DNA of 64,000 nt from Rhynchobatus australiae (taxonomy: Eukaryota): positions 3,668,314-3,732,313 of the forward strand of contig JAUZTB010000084.1 in NCBI GenBank assembly GCA_034780895.1. The letters run 5' to 3'. The translations under genes were made by a program, and so were the position numbers. The notes beneath the pieces are model-generated. The model searched no databases. It had not been told where the DNA came from and saw nothing but the letters and a program-made list of their open reading frames with translations. Positions within the stretch are counted from its first letter, which is position 1. The number at the start of each line of letters is the position of its first letter. Of this stretch, positions 1 to 12,587 are shown piece after piece.

Positions 1-774
1 CAAAACTAGGTCATTTCTCTTTTATCTTTCTAAATTCTGAATTACCACCCATTTTTAAATGGTAAAAGTGACAACTGGAGTGCTGCAACTGATGTCAGGT
101 ACTTTTTAAAATATAGTCTTATTGAAAGTTATTTTATCCCTATGATTCTATAGATAAAACTCAAAAATGTTCTTCTTTTGTCACAAAGATTTATGACTTG
201 TGTTTAAAGACCTTTATTGAGGATATTATAAAAAGCTTGCAAAAGCTATACTTTTGTATGTAAGTTCTGAAAGATTAATCCCATCTAAACTGAGTCAGTT
301 TGCTCCTGTAAATAAAAAGAATCAGTAAGACGTTGGCCTTTCATTATTAATAACTAAGTTCTTTGTATGTTCTCAATATAGTGTTGAGAGCAGAAGCCTA
401 GCAAGGACAATGTAGTAATTTTCTAAAAACTGAAATACTGAGTAGATAGTTAGCTATCAGACACTATATTAGAATGTTCAAAAACTAAGGTTATTACTGA
501 AGGGATAAGTAAAGTAATGGTAGTATTGTTTTTATTAAAATCTATTATAAATTTGTGAAAAGCAAATCACATAGAAATGCACTCATTGCAAAGCTGTAGC
601 AATTGGCAGCAAGGACAATAAAAGTTAAATAGAACTAAACTATGTTAAGCAATAAACAGTTCATAATAAATTTATTCTGGTTGTTAAGTTATAAATTACA
701 ATTAAATAGCACTTCCAAAGTAATTTTAAAATCAAGTAAAAATCTTTTTCCTTGATTTTTTTTCCTAACAATTG

Positions 775-1077
775 TCAGGCAGGCAGGCAGAGCAGGAAAC
801 CCTGGAGGCTGTTCCCCTCAGAAACAGGTTTTCCACCTTGGAGGCTGTTGAGGGGGATGACCTGCAGGGGCCTANNNNNNNNNNNNNNNNNNNNNNNNNN
901 NNNNNNNNNNNNNNNNNNNNNNNNNNNNNNNNNNNNNNNNNNNNNNNNNNNNNNNNNNNNNNNNNNNNNNNNNNGAGGCAAGGGTTAGATAGTGTGAGGT
1001 GTGGTTTGATGGGTGGCACAACATGGGGGGCTGAAGGGCCTGTATGTGTGCTGTATTGTTCTATGATTCTATGGTTT
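775..1077 (+). mobile_element. CR1 LINE: ORF1 fragment and 3' tail flanking an assembly gap
   Basis: Left of the gap translates VPLRNRFSTLEAVEGDDL (PLxNRF motif of CR1 ORF1). Right of the gap is a CR1 3' UTR 'gggctgaagggcctg...ttctatgattctatgg'. Confidence 0.75.
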
Positions 1078-1909
1078 TGCTCAACTCATGCTTGGTGACA
1101 CTTATCCTAGCAACTCTCATCCAGACTGGATATGACACGTTTTTGGCTTGCCTTTGAAATTTACGCTTTCATAAAAAAATCACCGTTAAACCTGTTTGCA
1201 AATATTGCTGATCCAAGGACAGAATTCCGAAGTGCACTTCTAATTCACCTTCTGTGCTAAGTAAATTATTGTAATTATAGCTAGAATTTCACAGCAGCTA
1301 CTTTATTGTCAGGATTCAACCAGAATTGTTTAGTTGTTCAAATTCCTGAAACTAAGATATGACATTATTTAGTGGCCATTTTTAACTGGAAATAAAGCTT
1401 GGGTAAGAGAGTAAATGTCAAAGAAATTGGTGGTTGACCCTGGTAATTAAATTTTACCAAATTAGCTGAGAATTCTTGAGTGAAGAAGAGTAACCTAGAC
1501 CAATTGTGCTAATTGGTTTTGCTCAGGTAGGCAGCTCAGAGGATACCAGCTAACAATAGCACTATTGCACTGGATGAATACAGACTAAATACGTTTGCTC
1601 TGTGCTAGCAATAGTTCCTGTTAGCATTAACACCTGAATATCCTTACTGTTCATTGTTATTCATGGTTAAGGAAGCAATTCAGTGCTGTGAAAATGCTCC
1701 CACTTAGGTTGGAGAGTTGATTTCACAGCACTTAGATCAACGTCAAAGCTGCATCAGCAAGCTTAGAACTGCTTAGATGAGCAGTTTTGATGAATTGAAC
1801 TTTTTAGCANNNNNNNNNNNNNNNNNNNNNNNNNNNNNNNNNNNNNNNNNNNNNNNNNNNNNNNNNNNNNNNNNNNNNTCTGCCTTAGAAGGTAGTAATA
1901 TTTTATACA

Positions 1910-2160
1910 ATAGAATTATAGAAAATTTGCAACATAGAAGGCCATTTGACTCATCATGTCTTTGTTAGTTGACAAAAAGCTATCCAGCTGAATTCTACCT
2001 TCCAGCAATTGGCCCTTAGGCCAGCAGGTCACGGCTCTTCACTATATTTTCACGCCATTGCTTATCGACCACCCCTTTCACCCTTGGGGTGAAAAATCTT
2101 TTCCTTATAATCCCTTTAATCCTTCCAATAATTACTCTAAATTTATGTCCTCTGTCTTTT
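1910..2160 (-). mobile_element. CR1 LINE 3' end, degenerate
   Basis: Reverse-complement tail 'atagaattatagaa...aggccatt' followed by typical CR1 3' sequence. Confidence 0.55.
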
Positions 2161-3454
2161 AACATTTTAATGTTTTAAATGGTCATGTTGGTAAAACTAA
2201 TAAACCTGTAACAATCAAGTCTGATCTTGAAGTTGCAAAAAAGTTAACATGAATTTAGCTGGAAAAGATTGTGGAAAATCAGCGTGTTTCTAATTATTTG
2301 ATAGTGAGGGCATCTCAGATGAATGGAATCCTGTCTCTGAGTGATGTCTGTGAAAGATGATACTTTCATCGTATTTTGTGGACGAGGTCAGCTAATATCT
2401 TGGGGAGGATGAACACAACAATGAAATGAACTGTATATCTTTCTTCTCTGGATAGTTCAGTGCCAAACTAAGTGNNNNNNNNNNNNNNNNNNNNNNNNNN
2501 NNNNNNNNNNNNNNNNNNNNNNNNNNNNNNNNNNNNNNNNNNNNNNNNNNNNNNNNNNNNNNNNNNNNNNNNNNATGCAGTGAGAGTGCTATGGTTAATA
2601 TTTTTGCTTACACAAAACATCACATTTCGACAAAAGGGGCAAGAAGCAGTGACCCACCCTATAATTTACCCTTCCCTGTGATTTTCCTTCCTTATTTGTG
2701 CTGACCTCTACCTACAGCTTTTCTCAAAATCAGTGACACTTTTTAGGGAATTGTTACCTGCAAGGCAAGTTTCTCCTACTCAGGGGTACATCTAGCTGTT
2801 CTATTAATAGACAAGACTTTGAAAACATGACACTATCAGATATAAATAGGAATGTTGTTATTCATGACTATCAAGGAGCAGAAGTGCTCAGAGACTCACT
2901 CACTGTGGAATTTAGATTTCTGCACAGAAAACCACAAGGGAAGGAGAATCCCAGAGGGATCTCATCCAGTTGCTGGATGTACAAATGCTGAAATCGAAGA
3001 CTGCAGTTCACCTAGCAGGAGTGCAGGTGGGGTGATTGGTAGTTCACTTACTGAACTTGGGTTTAGAATCCTTATTGCCCCCTCCATTTCACCTTGTATG
3101 AGTCTTCCAGAGCACCTCCGGATTTGAGGGACACCTTTACAAATGCTTAAATATAGCTATCTGAAAATAAAACAAGTAATTTTGATATGAACCTGTGAGC
3201 CTTTATGTAGAACTAGGATTTCTTTTCCTGCTTATTTTTTAAGTCATAAAATTTACCCGTTTATTAACTCATTCATACTGGCAATCCAGCTGTGGTAATT
3301 AATAGGATTCCCATTATGAAATTGATCTAAGGAAAACTTTGTTTTAAAAAAAAGCCCTAAACAATTCTCTTATCAGCAATAGTTATCAATATTAAAGATA
3401 AACCATGATTATCAATCTCCCAAAAAAATATTTGTTATATGTTGGAAGCTGTTG

Positions 3455-4055
3455 CTTCTTCCTAGGGATCCCTTGGAATGAAGAATGACTCTGGGTGTGT
3501 GGGTTCTGAGGTGACTGATAATGCAGGAACACCAGACTCTGGCGCAGAAGGTGCTGTACGGGGCAGGTGTGTGAGTAGTTTGTGAGGTAACATGCTTCTT
3601 TTGTCATTTACATAGGGCTTCTTCTATTCCCAATACATGGTCTCAAAATTCCCAATGTCATCCCAAATGGTCCTTCTCCACTTTGAGCTGTGATGGGCTA
3701 GGGATTCCCAGGATTCAGAGGGATATTCCATGCTTTCAAGAAAGGCTTTGAACACATCATTGAATCAGTGCTCCATCTGCCTGGTAATCTCTTTCCCTGA
3801 CAGATAATCTATTCCAAGCTGTGTTTCGGGAGTTTGGTGTCAGGTATACGAATGATGTGGCCTCCCTGATGAACTGACTTGAGTGAAATTAGAACCTCAA
3901 TATTGGGAATGGTGGCCTGGAAGAGGGCACTGACATTGCTTGCCCTTTCAGTGAATTTAGAGGATTTTGTTGAGTCTGGTGGTAGCTTTTCAGTGCCATG
4001 AAATGTCTGCTGTAGGTAGTCCATGTTTCGTAAATATATGTGGGCTTGGAAACCA
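3455..4055 (-). mobile_element. RTE-clade LINE, 3' part
   Basis: Minus frames give ETWTTYSRHF and SNVSALFQATIPNIEVLI...GHIIRIPDTKLPK, resembling the RTE C-terminus (TNxEVL..A.IPSIE..RWAGHVVRMPD.RLPK). RTE-like 3' end near 3455. Confidence 0.75.
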
Positions 4056-4069
4056 CACTCTATGCCATT

Positions 4070-4372
4070 ATCACCATGCTGTGAAGCAGACAACAAGATG
4101 GGCTTTATTCTCTACAAATGGAAGATGAAGATCCTTCACAAATTTTCCCCTGCTGGACACCACTTCCCTCTGACAGTAAAGGTTCACAGCAAAACCCTGG
4201 AAATTGTTGACCATTTGTCATATTTCGGTAGCCAACTCTCCACAGAAATGAAGGAATTCAGTGTTCCTTTGGTCATTAAAGAAAGGGCTGTTTGAAGATG
4301 AAGACTTCATACCCTGCACATAACTTCCAGGCAGCAGTATCCACTGTCCTCCCTTATGTGTAGGAAGCAATT
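4070..4372 (+). mobile_element. RTE-clade LINE, inverted 5' segment (RT C-terminal region)
   Basis: Plus frame KMKILHKFSPAG...VHSKTLEIVDHLSYFGSQLS, then AAVSTVLPYV*EA, resembling RTE KTKVLHQP...LEVVDHF.YLGS.LS and AVV.TLLYG.ETW. Confidence 0.7.
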
Positions 4373-4691
4373 GTACAGTAGATAACTGATCTTCAATTAA
4401 TCACTCATTTTGTTTAGGAATACTGGTATGCAGATAATGGCTGATGCATTTGCCAATAAAATTTCAGCCATTTTTGTTGCACGTGAAGTGTCTTAAATTC
4501 TGAGAAGATGCCTTCTTGTTCATAATATCAGGCAATGAAACATTGAAAAAAATACAATGTGTACAAAATTTGACAATAAAGCTGATTTTTGTTTTGACCA
4601 CTTCAACCGTATTATTGTCTAATAACCAGAATTAAATTAAAATCAAAAAAGAACTGCACCCTTTGTAAATATTGGTGTAATTTAAAAATAC

Positions 4692-4960
4692 CAATCATTT
4701 TGTTTGTAAATAACTTTGGTATTATTATCACCACTACAATCCACAAAAATATGACAATATAGTGTTTTATTTTTGTAGTTCAGGTACGTGCTGCTTAATC
4801 TGCAGTCAGATTTCAGATATTCAAGTCAATCATTTTGTTTGTAAACAACTTTGGTATTATTATCACCACTACAATCCACAAAAATATGACAAAATAGTGT
4901 TTTATTTTTGTAGTTCTGGTACATGCTGCTTAATCTGCAGTCAGATTTCAGATATTCAAG
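4692..4960. repeat. Tandem duplication, 2 x 134 bp (4692-4825 and 4827-4960)
   Basis: Direct comparison of the two copies shows 4 substitutions. Confidence 0.95.
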
Positions 4961-5270
4961 CTTTGAACAGTCAGCTAAGTTTCTCCCTTAGGGCTTTGTA
5001 AAGTGATTTCAAGTGCCATGTTCAATGAAGCTTTTGCACTGAATGTGTAGCAGGGTTTTTGTCCAAAATTCTGTCATGTTCTGTTTTAAAGAGACAATAA
5101 TGTATAGTGGAGAATGATAACAAAGCAGTAATCTGACTGAATCTGATCACCTGAACACCTGATGAGATTACAGTTTTGAAATCACTCCAGGGTGTCTTTA
5201 AAAAGAATACCTCCTCTNNNNNNNNNNNNNNNNNNNNNNNNNNATTTTTTTTTGTCTTTCCTCCTTACAG

Positions 5271-5504
5271 TTTTCAGTGTGGCTACTGATGATATTAACA
5301 TGAAAGGACACAATAATTGTGATGAATGCTCTGCAAATTTATTGATAAAATAATATTCATTTGATATACTGAACAGTAATGTGATCAATGTTTGTGAAAC
5401 TATCGGAAAAATGATCAGATAATGTTATTTTTAACAATATTGAAGTACTTGGAGATCACCATTTACTAAAAATATATAGTGGGACTCCACAATAATGAAA
5501 AAAG
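5271..5504 (+). other. Candidate exon, mostly non-coding, ending ATG AAA AAA G|gtaagt
   Basis: Strong acceptor 'tttgtctttcctccttacag' and consensus donor AG|GTAAGT. No frame is open across it; ATG at 5495 has A at -3. Confidence 0.3.
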
Positions 5505-5580
5505 GTAAGTTTTTCAAGATCTAAAGAAAGGAAAGGGAAATGAATCCATTATGTGCTTCTCTGACTCACATTTGCACACA

Positions 5581-5912
5581 GGTATGGTCATGTAATGGTA
5601 AAGTTACTGGACGAGCTGCTAGAGTTCTGGAAAATTGATCGAGAGACAAATTCAAATCCCTCTGTAGCAGCTGGTGAATTTAAATTTAAGTAATTAATAA
5701 AATGTGGAATTTAAACCTATTATCATGAAACTACTGGATTGTCATAAAAAACATCTGGTTTACTGTTGTCCTTCAGGGAAGCAAATCTGCCGTTCTTACC
5801 CAGTCTGGTCCATATGTGACTGTAGTTGATTCCTTACCTCTTCTTCAGTTTAGAGGCAATTAGGTATGGGCCACAAATGCCAGCATTCCAGCAATGTCTA
5901 CATCAGTGAGCA
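5581..5912 (+). mobile_element. tRNA-headed SINE (family A) with LINE-derived tail
   Basis: Decayed B-box 'ttcaaatccc', core 'tccttcagggaagcaaatctgcc', tail 'ggcaattaggtatgggccacaaatgcc'. Related copy at 33130-33465. Confidence 0.7.
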
Positions 5913-8014
5913 ATTAGATAGTATAAAAATATTAAAATATCTTCCCGCTGTAAGCTGCTCATTCTTTTCAGGTATTGTTTCCACTCATTCAAAATCATCA
6001 ACACCACTCTGTAAACAAAATATGATGAGTTCAGTTTCCATAACATTGTCTACCATTAACCATCTCTCATATTATCTTCAGCTCAACTCTTTGGCTCTTC
6101 TTGTGTCACTTTTCGATTTTACTATGGCAGCTGGAGTCAAGTTGAAAGTGGTTGTTTGCCCATTCTCCATCCTTTGTAAATTTAAGCTCATCCAAACTCT
6201 GCTGCCCTTCTCTCCACTCCCACTGACACACCTCTGTCCCTGACAACACCAGTTCTCATCCTTGCTTAAATTTCTAAGGATGAGAACAAATGTCATCAAG
6301 AAAATCAAGGTACTCATTATCTTTCTGATATCAGCTTTTAATCCATCTGCCTTTTCACACTATTGAATTTTGCTGCATTGTCCCTTGACCCTGGAATTCC
6401 TTTTATTTTCCCTGCATCGTTTGATCCTCCTCGGAACTCAACTCTCCTAATCATTTTCTTGAGCTACATGTCAGTTTTCATTGAACTTCTTGGTATATTT
6501 ATCAAGATTTTGTTACTTTAAAAAACTTTTCCCTTTTGCAGATGCTGGTACATCAAAATTTTCTGCCCTTATTACTGGGAGGTATTGTGACACCCCAGTA
6601 TGGATGGGGCGTGTATGTATGCATTCCCTTCCACCAAAGTAAATACTACTCAATTCCAAAGCTCAGTTGTGCAGAAGCCTTATAGTTGGTTGTTAAAAGA
6701 AGCCAGGGAAAATTGTGACAGGATCGATCTTACAACTTGATGGCTATTTGGCTGCATCAAGTGGAGGAGAAATAACAACCACAAAACAGAAGTGCAGACT
6801 GCTATGTTTGGTATGCAGCCTTGTGGAACTGTTAAAGTAGCAAGAAAATAACTTGGAAAATGGTGCTTTTAACTAAAAGCATGTTGATCATATTCCAATT
6901 GTTCTATAACATCTATACGATATATTCAGTTACTGACCCATGGTGTTTCCTTTAAACACATGGAATTTACCAAAAATGTGACTGATGTTTCTTTGACACT
7001 AAGAATATGAATATTGGGGATATGGTGATCAAGTAGAATAGTGAATGAGTACAGAATCAGCCATGGAATTGGATCAGGCTCAAAGAGTAGAATGGCCTGC
7101 CTTTTGTATCAATGTCATGTTCCTGTTCTTGCATTAAAGCTTGACCCAACCAAAACTCACTTCTCACAAAAAAATCAGCAGCTTAAAAACCAGCTGTGTA
7201 TTCACTTTTGTGATCATTGCATGGTAGTGTTACCATGGAAACTTTCTCCCTCTGACTGGCCTGAAGCTTTTTGCACTTTCAAGGAGAAAAAAGAAAAATA
7301 TAAAATTACTTAAAACTTTACTTACTTCTCAGGTTGGAAGTTTAATAATGTAATTTACAGTATGTTGCATCGTACCTCAATTCACATTGCAAGTGAGGAA
7401 CCTTATCAGTGAAATGCAAATTATTTCAATGCCTAGACACATAATGCCACAAATTAATCCTGCCAGTCTTTCAATTCTTACTGTTTCAGTGTTCAATAAA
7501 TGAAAATAAATTAAATAAAGATTGAATTTTTACTATCTCAAATTAACAAATCTATGTAATAATTCACATTGTATATTTAGTGTTTCCTGGTGTCATTCAC
7601 TTAGAAAATAAGATCAAGCATTTGTTGTTGATGTGAGGGAAAGGGGTGACATTGCATAAATTTGAGGGTGAGTGTCAGTGGAAGGATGGGCAGATGGGTG
7701 ATGAGATGTCGGGCATTGACAGAGACAGATGAGTTGCAGGATAGGCTGCTGTGAGAATTGATGTACTAGGGTTGGCTTGAGAAGGCATTGAAGGGTTTGG
7801 GGTGACACACGCACACCAGGATGCAGATGAGTATAATATTACCGTCACGTCTCCTGCCGTGCTTGGCCATTGAACCATTTCTAACATTGTATGCACGAGC
7901 ATGGAGCCATGCTTCCATTGTTGTGCTCTTGATTCATCTATAACAATTCCTTTGTGATGGTCCCCGACTACCATTGCGAGGAACCACTGAAATATCCGGA
8001 TGAGCACTTGAATT

Positions 8015-8125
8015 GACAAGGCATGGACGGCTGTGGACTAATTGCTGATAAATTCGATTGGCGTACAAGATAAGAGATGGTTAACACCCAAGGGCCTGTT
8101 TCTGTGCCACAGGGCTTTATGACCA
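8015..8125 (+). mobile_element. Short CR1 3' tail fragment
   Basis: 'aagggcctgtttctgtgc...tttatgacc' CR1-type terminus. Confidence 0.5.
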
Positions 8126-8134
8126 TACAGTCCT

Positions 8135-8980
8135 CATGGAGACAAAATCCCGTCTTCACAGTGAAATTACATTTCATTACATCGTGTGGCACCGCCATGG
8201 TAAATGGGGGAGACTTCAAATAGATCTAGCAGCCCACGACTTGGCATCCATGGGGCGCTGTGGCCATCAGCAGCAGCAGAATTGTACTCACCCACAGTCT
8301 GCAACCTCATGGCCCAGCATCTCCCCTACTCTACCAGCACCATCAAACCAGGGGATCAACCCTGGTTCAATGAAGAGTGCAGGAGGGCAGGTCAGGACCG
8401 GCGCCAGGCATACCTCAGAACGAGGAACCGACCTGGTGAAGATACACGACAGGACCACTTGCATACCAACCCACAAAAACAGCCTGCCATAGGCAGAGCT
8501 TATCGATCCCACAACCAAAGGATCAGATCGAAGCTCTGGAGTCCTGCCACACCCAGTGGTGAATGGTTGCGGACAATTAAACAACTGACTGGAGGAGCAG
8601 GTTCCCCGTTCTCATCAATGGGAGACCCCAGCTCATTAGTGCAAAGGGGAAAGCTGAAGCATTTGCAAGAATCTTCAGCCACAAGTGCCGAGTGAATGAT
8701 CCATCTCGGCCTCCTCCAGTGATCCCCAACATGACAGAGACCAGTCTTCAGCCAGTTTGATATCAGGAAACAGCTGAAGGCACTGGATACAGCAAAAGGC
8801 TGTGGGCCCTGACAACTTTCCGGCAATAGTGCTGAAGGCTTGTGCTCCAGAACTTGCTTTACTCTTGGCCAAGCTCTTCCAGCGCAGCTACAACACTGGC
8901 ATCTTCTCAACAATGTGGAAAATTGCCCAGTTGTATCCTGTCCACAGGAACCAGGACAAATCCAACCCAGCCAATTACCG
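8135..8980 (+). mobile_element. CR1/L2-group LINE ORF2 fragment, frameshifted
   Basis: KPGDQPWFNEECRRA and GPDNFPAIVLKACAPELALLLAKLFQRSYNTGIFSTMWKIAQLYPVHRNQDKSNPANYR, the typical pre-RT region of non-LTR ORF2. Confidence 0.9.
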
Positions 8981-9143
8981 TTTTTTTTCTTGTGAATGCT
9001 GCTTCTATGATGCTATGTAGCTGTGATGCTGCAGCAAGTAAGCNNNNNNNNNNNNNNNNNNNNNNNNNNNNNNNNNNNNNNNNNNNNNNNNNNNNNNNNN
9101 NNNNNNNNNNNNNNNNNNNNNNNNNNNNNNNNNNNNNNNNNNN

Positions 9144-9860
9144 GAAACAGGATATTTGGCCCAACTCGTCCACGCCGACCAGTGGACACCCTTCTTTCAT
9201 CTACCAGCACTTGATCCATAGCCTTTTATTCCTGAACAATTCAGGTGCTTCTTAATGCTTTGTGGTCCAGCTTCAACCACTTCCTAAGGCAATGCATTCC
9301 AAGTACTTACAATTCTCATGGTGAAGAAGATCCCCCTCATATCCTCTTTAAATCTCTGTCCTCTCGTTTTAGCTATCGATATGGAACAAACTTTCCTGCA
9401 GTCTACCCTATCTACAGCCCTCATAATTTTATATATCTCAGTCACGTCCTCTCCTAACCTCATCCACTCCAGGAGAACAGACCTAGTTTCCCCATTTTCT
9501 CCTCATAACTGAACTTTTCCACTCCGGGCAACATCCTGGTGTGTCTCCTCTGCATCCTCTCCAGCGCTACCCCATCTTTCCAATAGCACAGTGACCAGAA
9601 CTGCATGCAGTACTCCACCTGAGGTCTGACCAAGGACTTATAAAATTGGAGAACTATTTCCCTACTTCTGTATTCAAGGCCCTGACGAATGAAGACCAGT
9701 ATCCCATATGCCTTTTTAACCATGTTATCTACCTGTGCTACCACTTTCAAGGATAATTTGACTCCCAGGTCCTTTGTTCCTCAATACTCCCAAAAGACCC
9801 CACCATTCATAGTGTATGCCCCAGCAACATTAGTATTCCCTAAAATCATCACCTAATATT
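9144..9860 (-). mobile_element. CR1 LINE, 3' part; continues at 11117-11815
   Basis: KKAYGILVFIRQGLEYRSREIVLQFYKSLVRPQVEYCMQFWS...LERMQRRHTRMLPG. Confidence 0.9.
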
Positions 9861-9861
9861 T

Positions 9862-10031
9862 CACAACCTTTAAAAGACACCTCATAACATTTAAAAGATG
9901 CTTGGACAGGTACATGGATAGGATAGAGCGATATGGGCCAAGCATAGGCAAATGGGACTAACTGAGATGGGAATCTTGGTCAGCATGGACCAGTTGGGCC
10001 GAAAGGCCTGTTTCCTTGCTGTATGACTGTG
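9862..10031 (+). mobile_element. CR1 3' tail fragment
   Basis: 'ttggacaggtacatggatagg...gggccgaaaggcctgtttccttgctgtatgactgtg'. Confidence 0.85.
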
Positions 10032-10039
10032 GGAAAAAA

Positions 10040-10240
10040 AACTTTCCTTCCCTGCCATGTATAGTGAACCTGATGGCTTATTACAACAATCCAGCCACTG
10101 TTACTGATAAAAACATTCTGTTTCGGATTTATATAATTAAATTTAAATCTAGTTTGCATGGTGAATTTTGAATTCTCTCCTCAAATCAAGTCTAAATTTC
10201 TGAATATGAGCCATTTAATTTAACCATTATATGCTGCCGT
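10040..10240 (-). mobile_element. SINE family A fragment, degenerate
   Basis: Reverse-complement similarity to the 5581-5912 core ('ttccttccctg...gtgaacctgatgg...acaatccag'). Confidence 0.5.
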
Positions 10241-10559
10241 ATTGCAGTATTTGACAATAGGAGTAAAGCTATGAGCCACAAGTCAGGATAGCTGCTGGCA
10301 GCCAGTTTGGTGTTGAGAAGTTAAACCTTTGCTCTTGGCAAACCTTGGAGTTTGACATATAGGTACGGACTGTGTTTTCAATACCCAGGGTTAAAATGTT
10401 GGAGTATGTGAATCGTTACATAAAGCTGTATACACTTCAAACACTAATGGGGAAAGTCTCAGCAGAACACAAATACAGTACTTAATTGTTTGTAAAGTTG
10501 TATTCATCTATTGACAGAATCTCACCAACACATTTCTTGAGCTCTTTACTGTTGGAGCG

Positions 10560-10760
10560 GACATAGATATCAGGTCCATAATTTTGAGACCCATCATAAA
10601 CTCTGTTCTCAAGCCACCACGTCCATTATTATTCTTGGAAAAGACTGAAACTATCAGACTATTCACAATCTTGATGTTGTATTTGACCCAAAGATGAGTT
10701 TCTTACCACTACCTATTGCAAAAGTCAGGTTAAATCCAATCCAGCTATTTCTTGCCCAAT
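10560..10760 (+). mobile_element. L2 LINE fragment
   Basis: NLDVVFDPKMSF resembles the L2 motif NLGVIFD..LSF. Confidence 0.45.
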
Positions 10761-10824
10761 CAATCCACTGTAAATCATCTGGAAATTGATGGAAATGGTG
10801 GTCAATGGTGCCACTCAAATGGCA

Positions 10825-11116
10825 TTTAGAGGGTACAAGTTTAGAACAGAGATGAGGAGAAATTTTTTCAACCAGAGGGTAGTGAGTTTGTGGAATTCCT
10901 TGCCACATACAGTAGTGGAGGCCAGATCATTGGGTGCATTCAAGGAGGNNNNNNNNNNNNNNNNNNNNNNNNNNNNNNNNNNNNNNNNNNNNNNNNNNNN
11001 NNNNNNNNNNNNNNNNNNNNNNNNNNNNNNNNNNNNNNNNNNNNNNNNTTAGATGGGAATCTTGGTCAGCATGGACCAGTTGGGCCGAAGGGCCTGTTTC
11101 CTTGCAATATGACTGT
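10825..11116 (+). mobile_element. CR1 3' end spanning a gap
   Basis: FRTEMRRNFFNQRVVSLWNSLP left of the gap; tail 'gggccgaagggcctgtttcc...atgactgtg' right of it. Confidence 0.85.
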
Positions 11117-11815
11117 GAAAGATTTGTCTGGATTAAATTTCAACTGCCATTTTTCTGTCCATTTCATCAGTGCATTGATATATCTCTGCAGCCTAAGACT
11201 ACCTTCCACATTATCAACCAACTCTGCCAATCTTTGTGTCATCTGCAAACTTACAGATCATGCCTTCCACACCCACATCCACGTATATTACAAATAGCAA
11301 GGGTCCCAGCACCTATCCTTTTGACACCACTAGTCACAGGCATCCAATTACAAAAACAAGTCATTTCTTTCATCGATTGCCAATCCAATTTTGGATCCAG
11401 TTTGCCAATTTCCATTGGGTTCCATGGGCCTGAAGCTTTTGAAACAGTCTCCCATGTGGGACCTTAAAAAGCCTTATTAAAGTCCATGTAACTCACGTCT
11501 GCTAACCTGCCCTCTGTGATACACTTTGTCACCTTTTCAAAGAATTCAGTCAAATTGGTCAGACAGGATCTGCCCTTGACAAAGCCACGTTGGCTGTCTC
11601 TGATTAGTCCCCACTTCTCCAAGTGATCTTAATTCTCTCCCTCAGATTTTTTCCCCCAGTATCTTCCCTACCATTGATGTTAGGCTCATCAGTTAACAAG
11701 TCTATAGTTAACAGGCTTTTCCCTGCTGACTTTCTTGAAAATTGGGGGAACCACATTTCCTGCCATCCAGTCATCTGATACCTCACATGTGTCCAATGAA
11801 GATTTTAAAATATCC
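11117..11815 (-). mobile_element. CR1 LINE RT region; continuation of 9144-9860
   Basis: Minus frame LQRYINALMKWTEKWQLKFNPDK, with upstream DFNKAF-like RT motifs. Confidence 0.8.
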
Positions 11816-11829
11816 ACAGAATATTCACT

Positions 11830-12587
11830 ACAGAGAGATTTAGGTGTCCTCTTATGTGAAACTCAGAAATTTAATCTGCAGGTACAGTAAGTAACCAGGA
11901 AGGCAGAGGGAATGTTAGCCTTCTTGCAAGAGGGATGAAGTAAAAAGTAGAGAAATCTTGTTTCAGTTGAATAGGGCATCGATTTCATCACACCTAGAGG
12001 ACTGTACAATTTTGGTGTCATAATTTAAGGAGAGGTGTCCTTCCATCAGAGGCAGTTCAGAAAAGGTTTGCAAGGTTGATTCCTGGGATTAAGGGGTGAC
12101 ATGAGGAGGATGAACAGGTTGGATCCATACTCACTGGAGTTTAAAAGATGAGAGATGATTTTACATTAAAGAAAAGAGGATTAGGCTGTTTGGTCCCTCA
12201 TACCTCCTCTGCCATTCAGTAAAATCATAGCTGATTTTTTACCTCAGCACTATTTTCCTAAGATTCTGAAAGGGGTTGACATTTCTGAGATGGTTTTCCC
12301 TCATTTGAAAATATAGAACTAGAGAGCATTACTTCATGATAAGGAGCCATCGATTTAAAAGGAGATGAGAAAGAATTCCTTCTGTCAGAGGGTCATACAT
12401 TTTTGGAATTCTCTGCACCAGGGATGGTGGCTTAATCATTTAATGTATTTAAGGCCAAAATAGATTTTTGGACTGTGGGGATTGGATAAAAAAGTGAAGT
12501 TGAGGCAAGATCAAATCAACCATAATGTAATGAATGGCAGAGCCGGCTTGATGAACTGCTCAGCCTACACCATTCCTCCTTCTTATG
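11830..12587 (+). mobile_element. Degenerate CR1 3' region
   Basis: Remnants of RDLGV, EAVQKRF and EMRKNSFCQRV motifs; CR1 tail ending 'ttcttatgt'. Confidence 0.7.
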
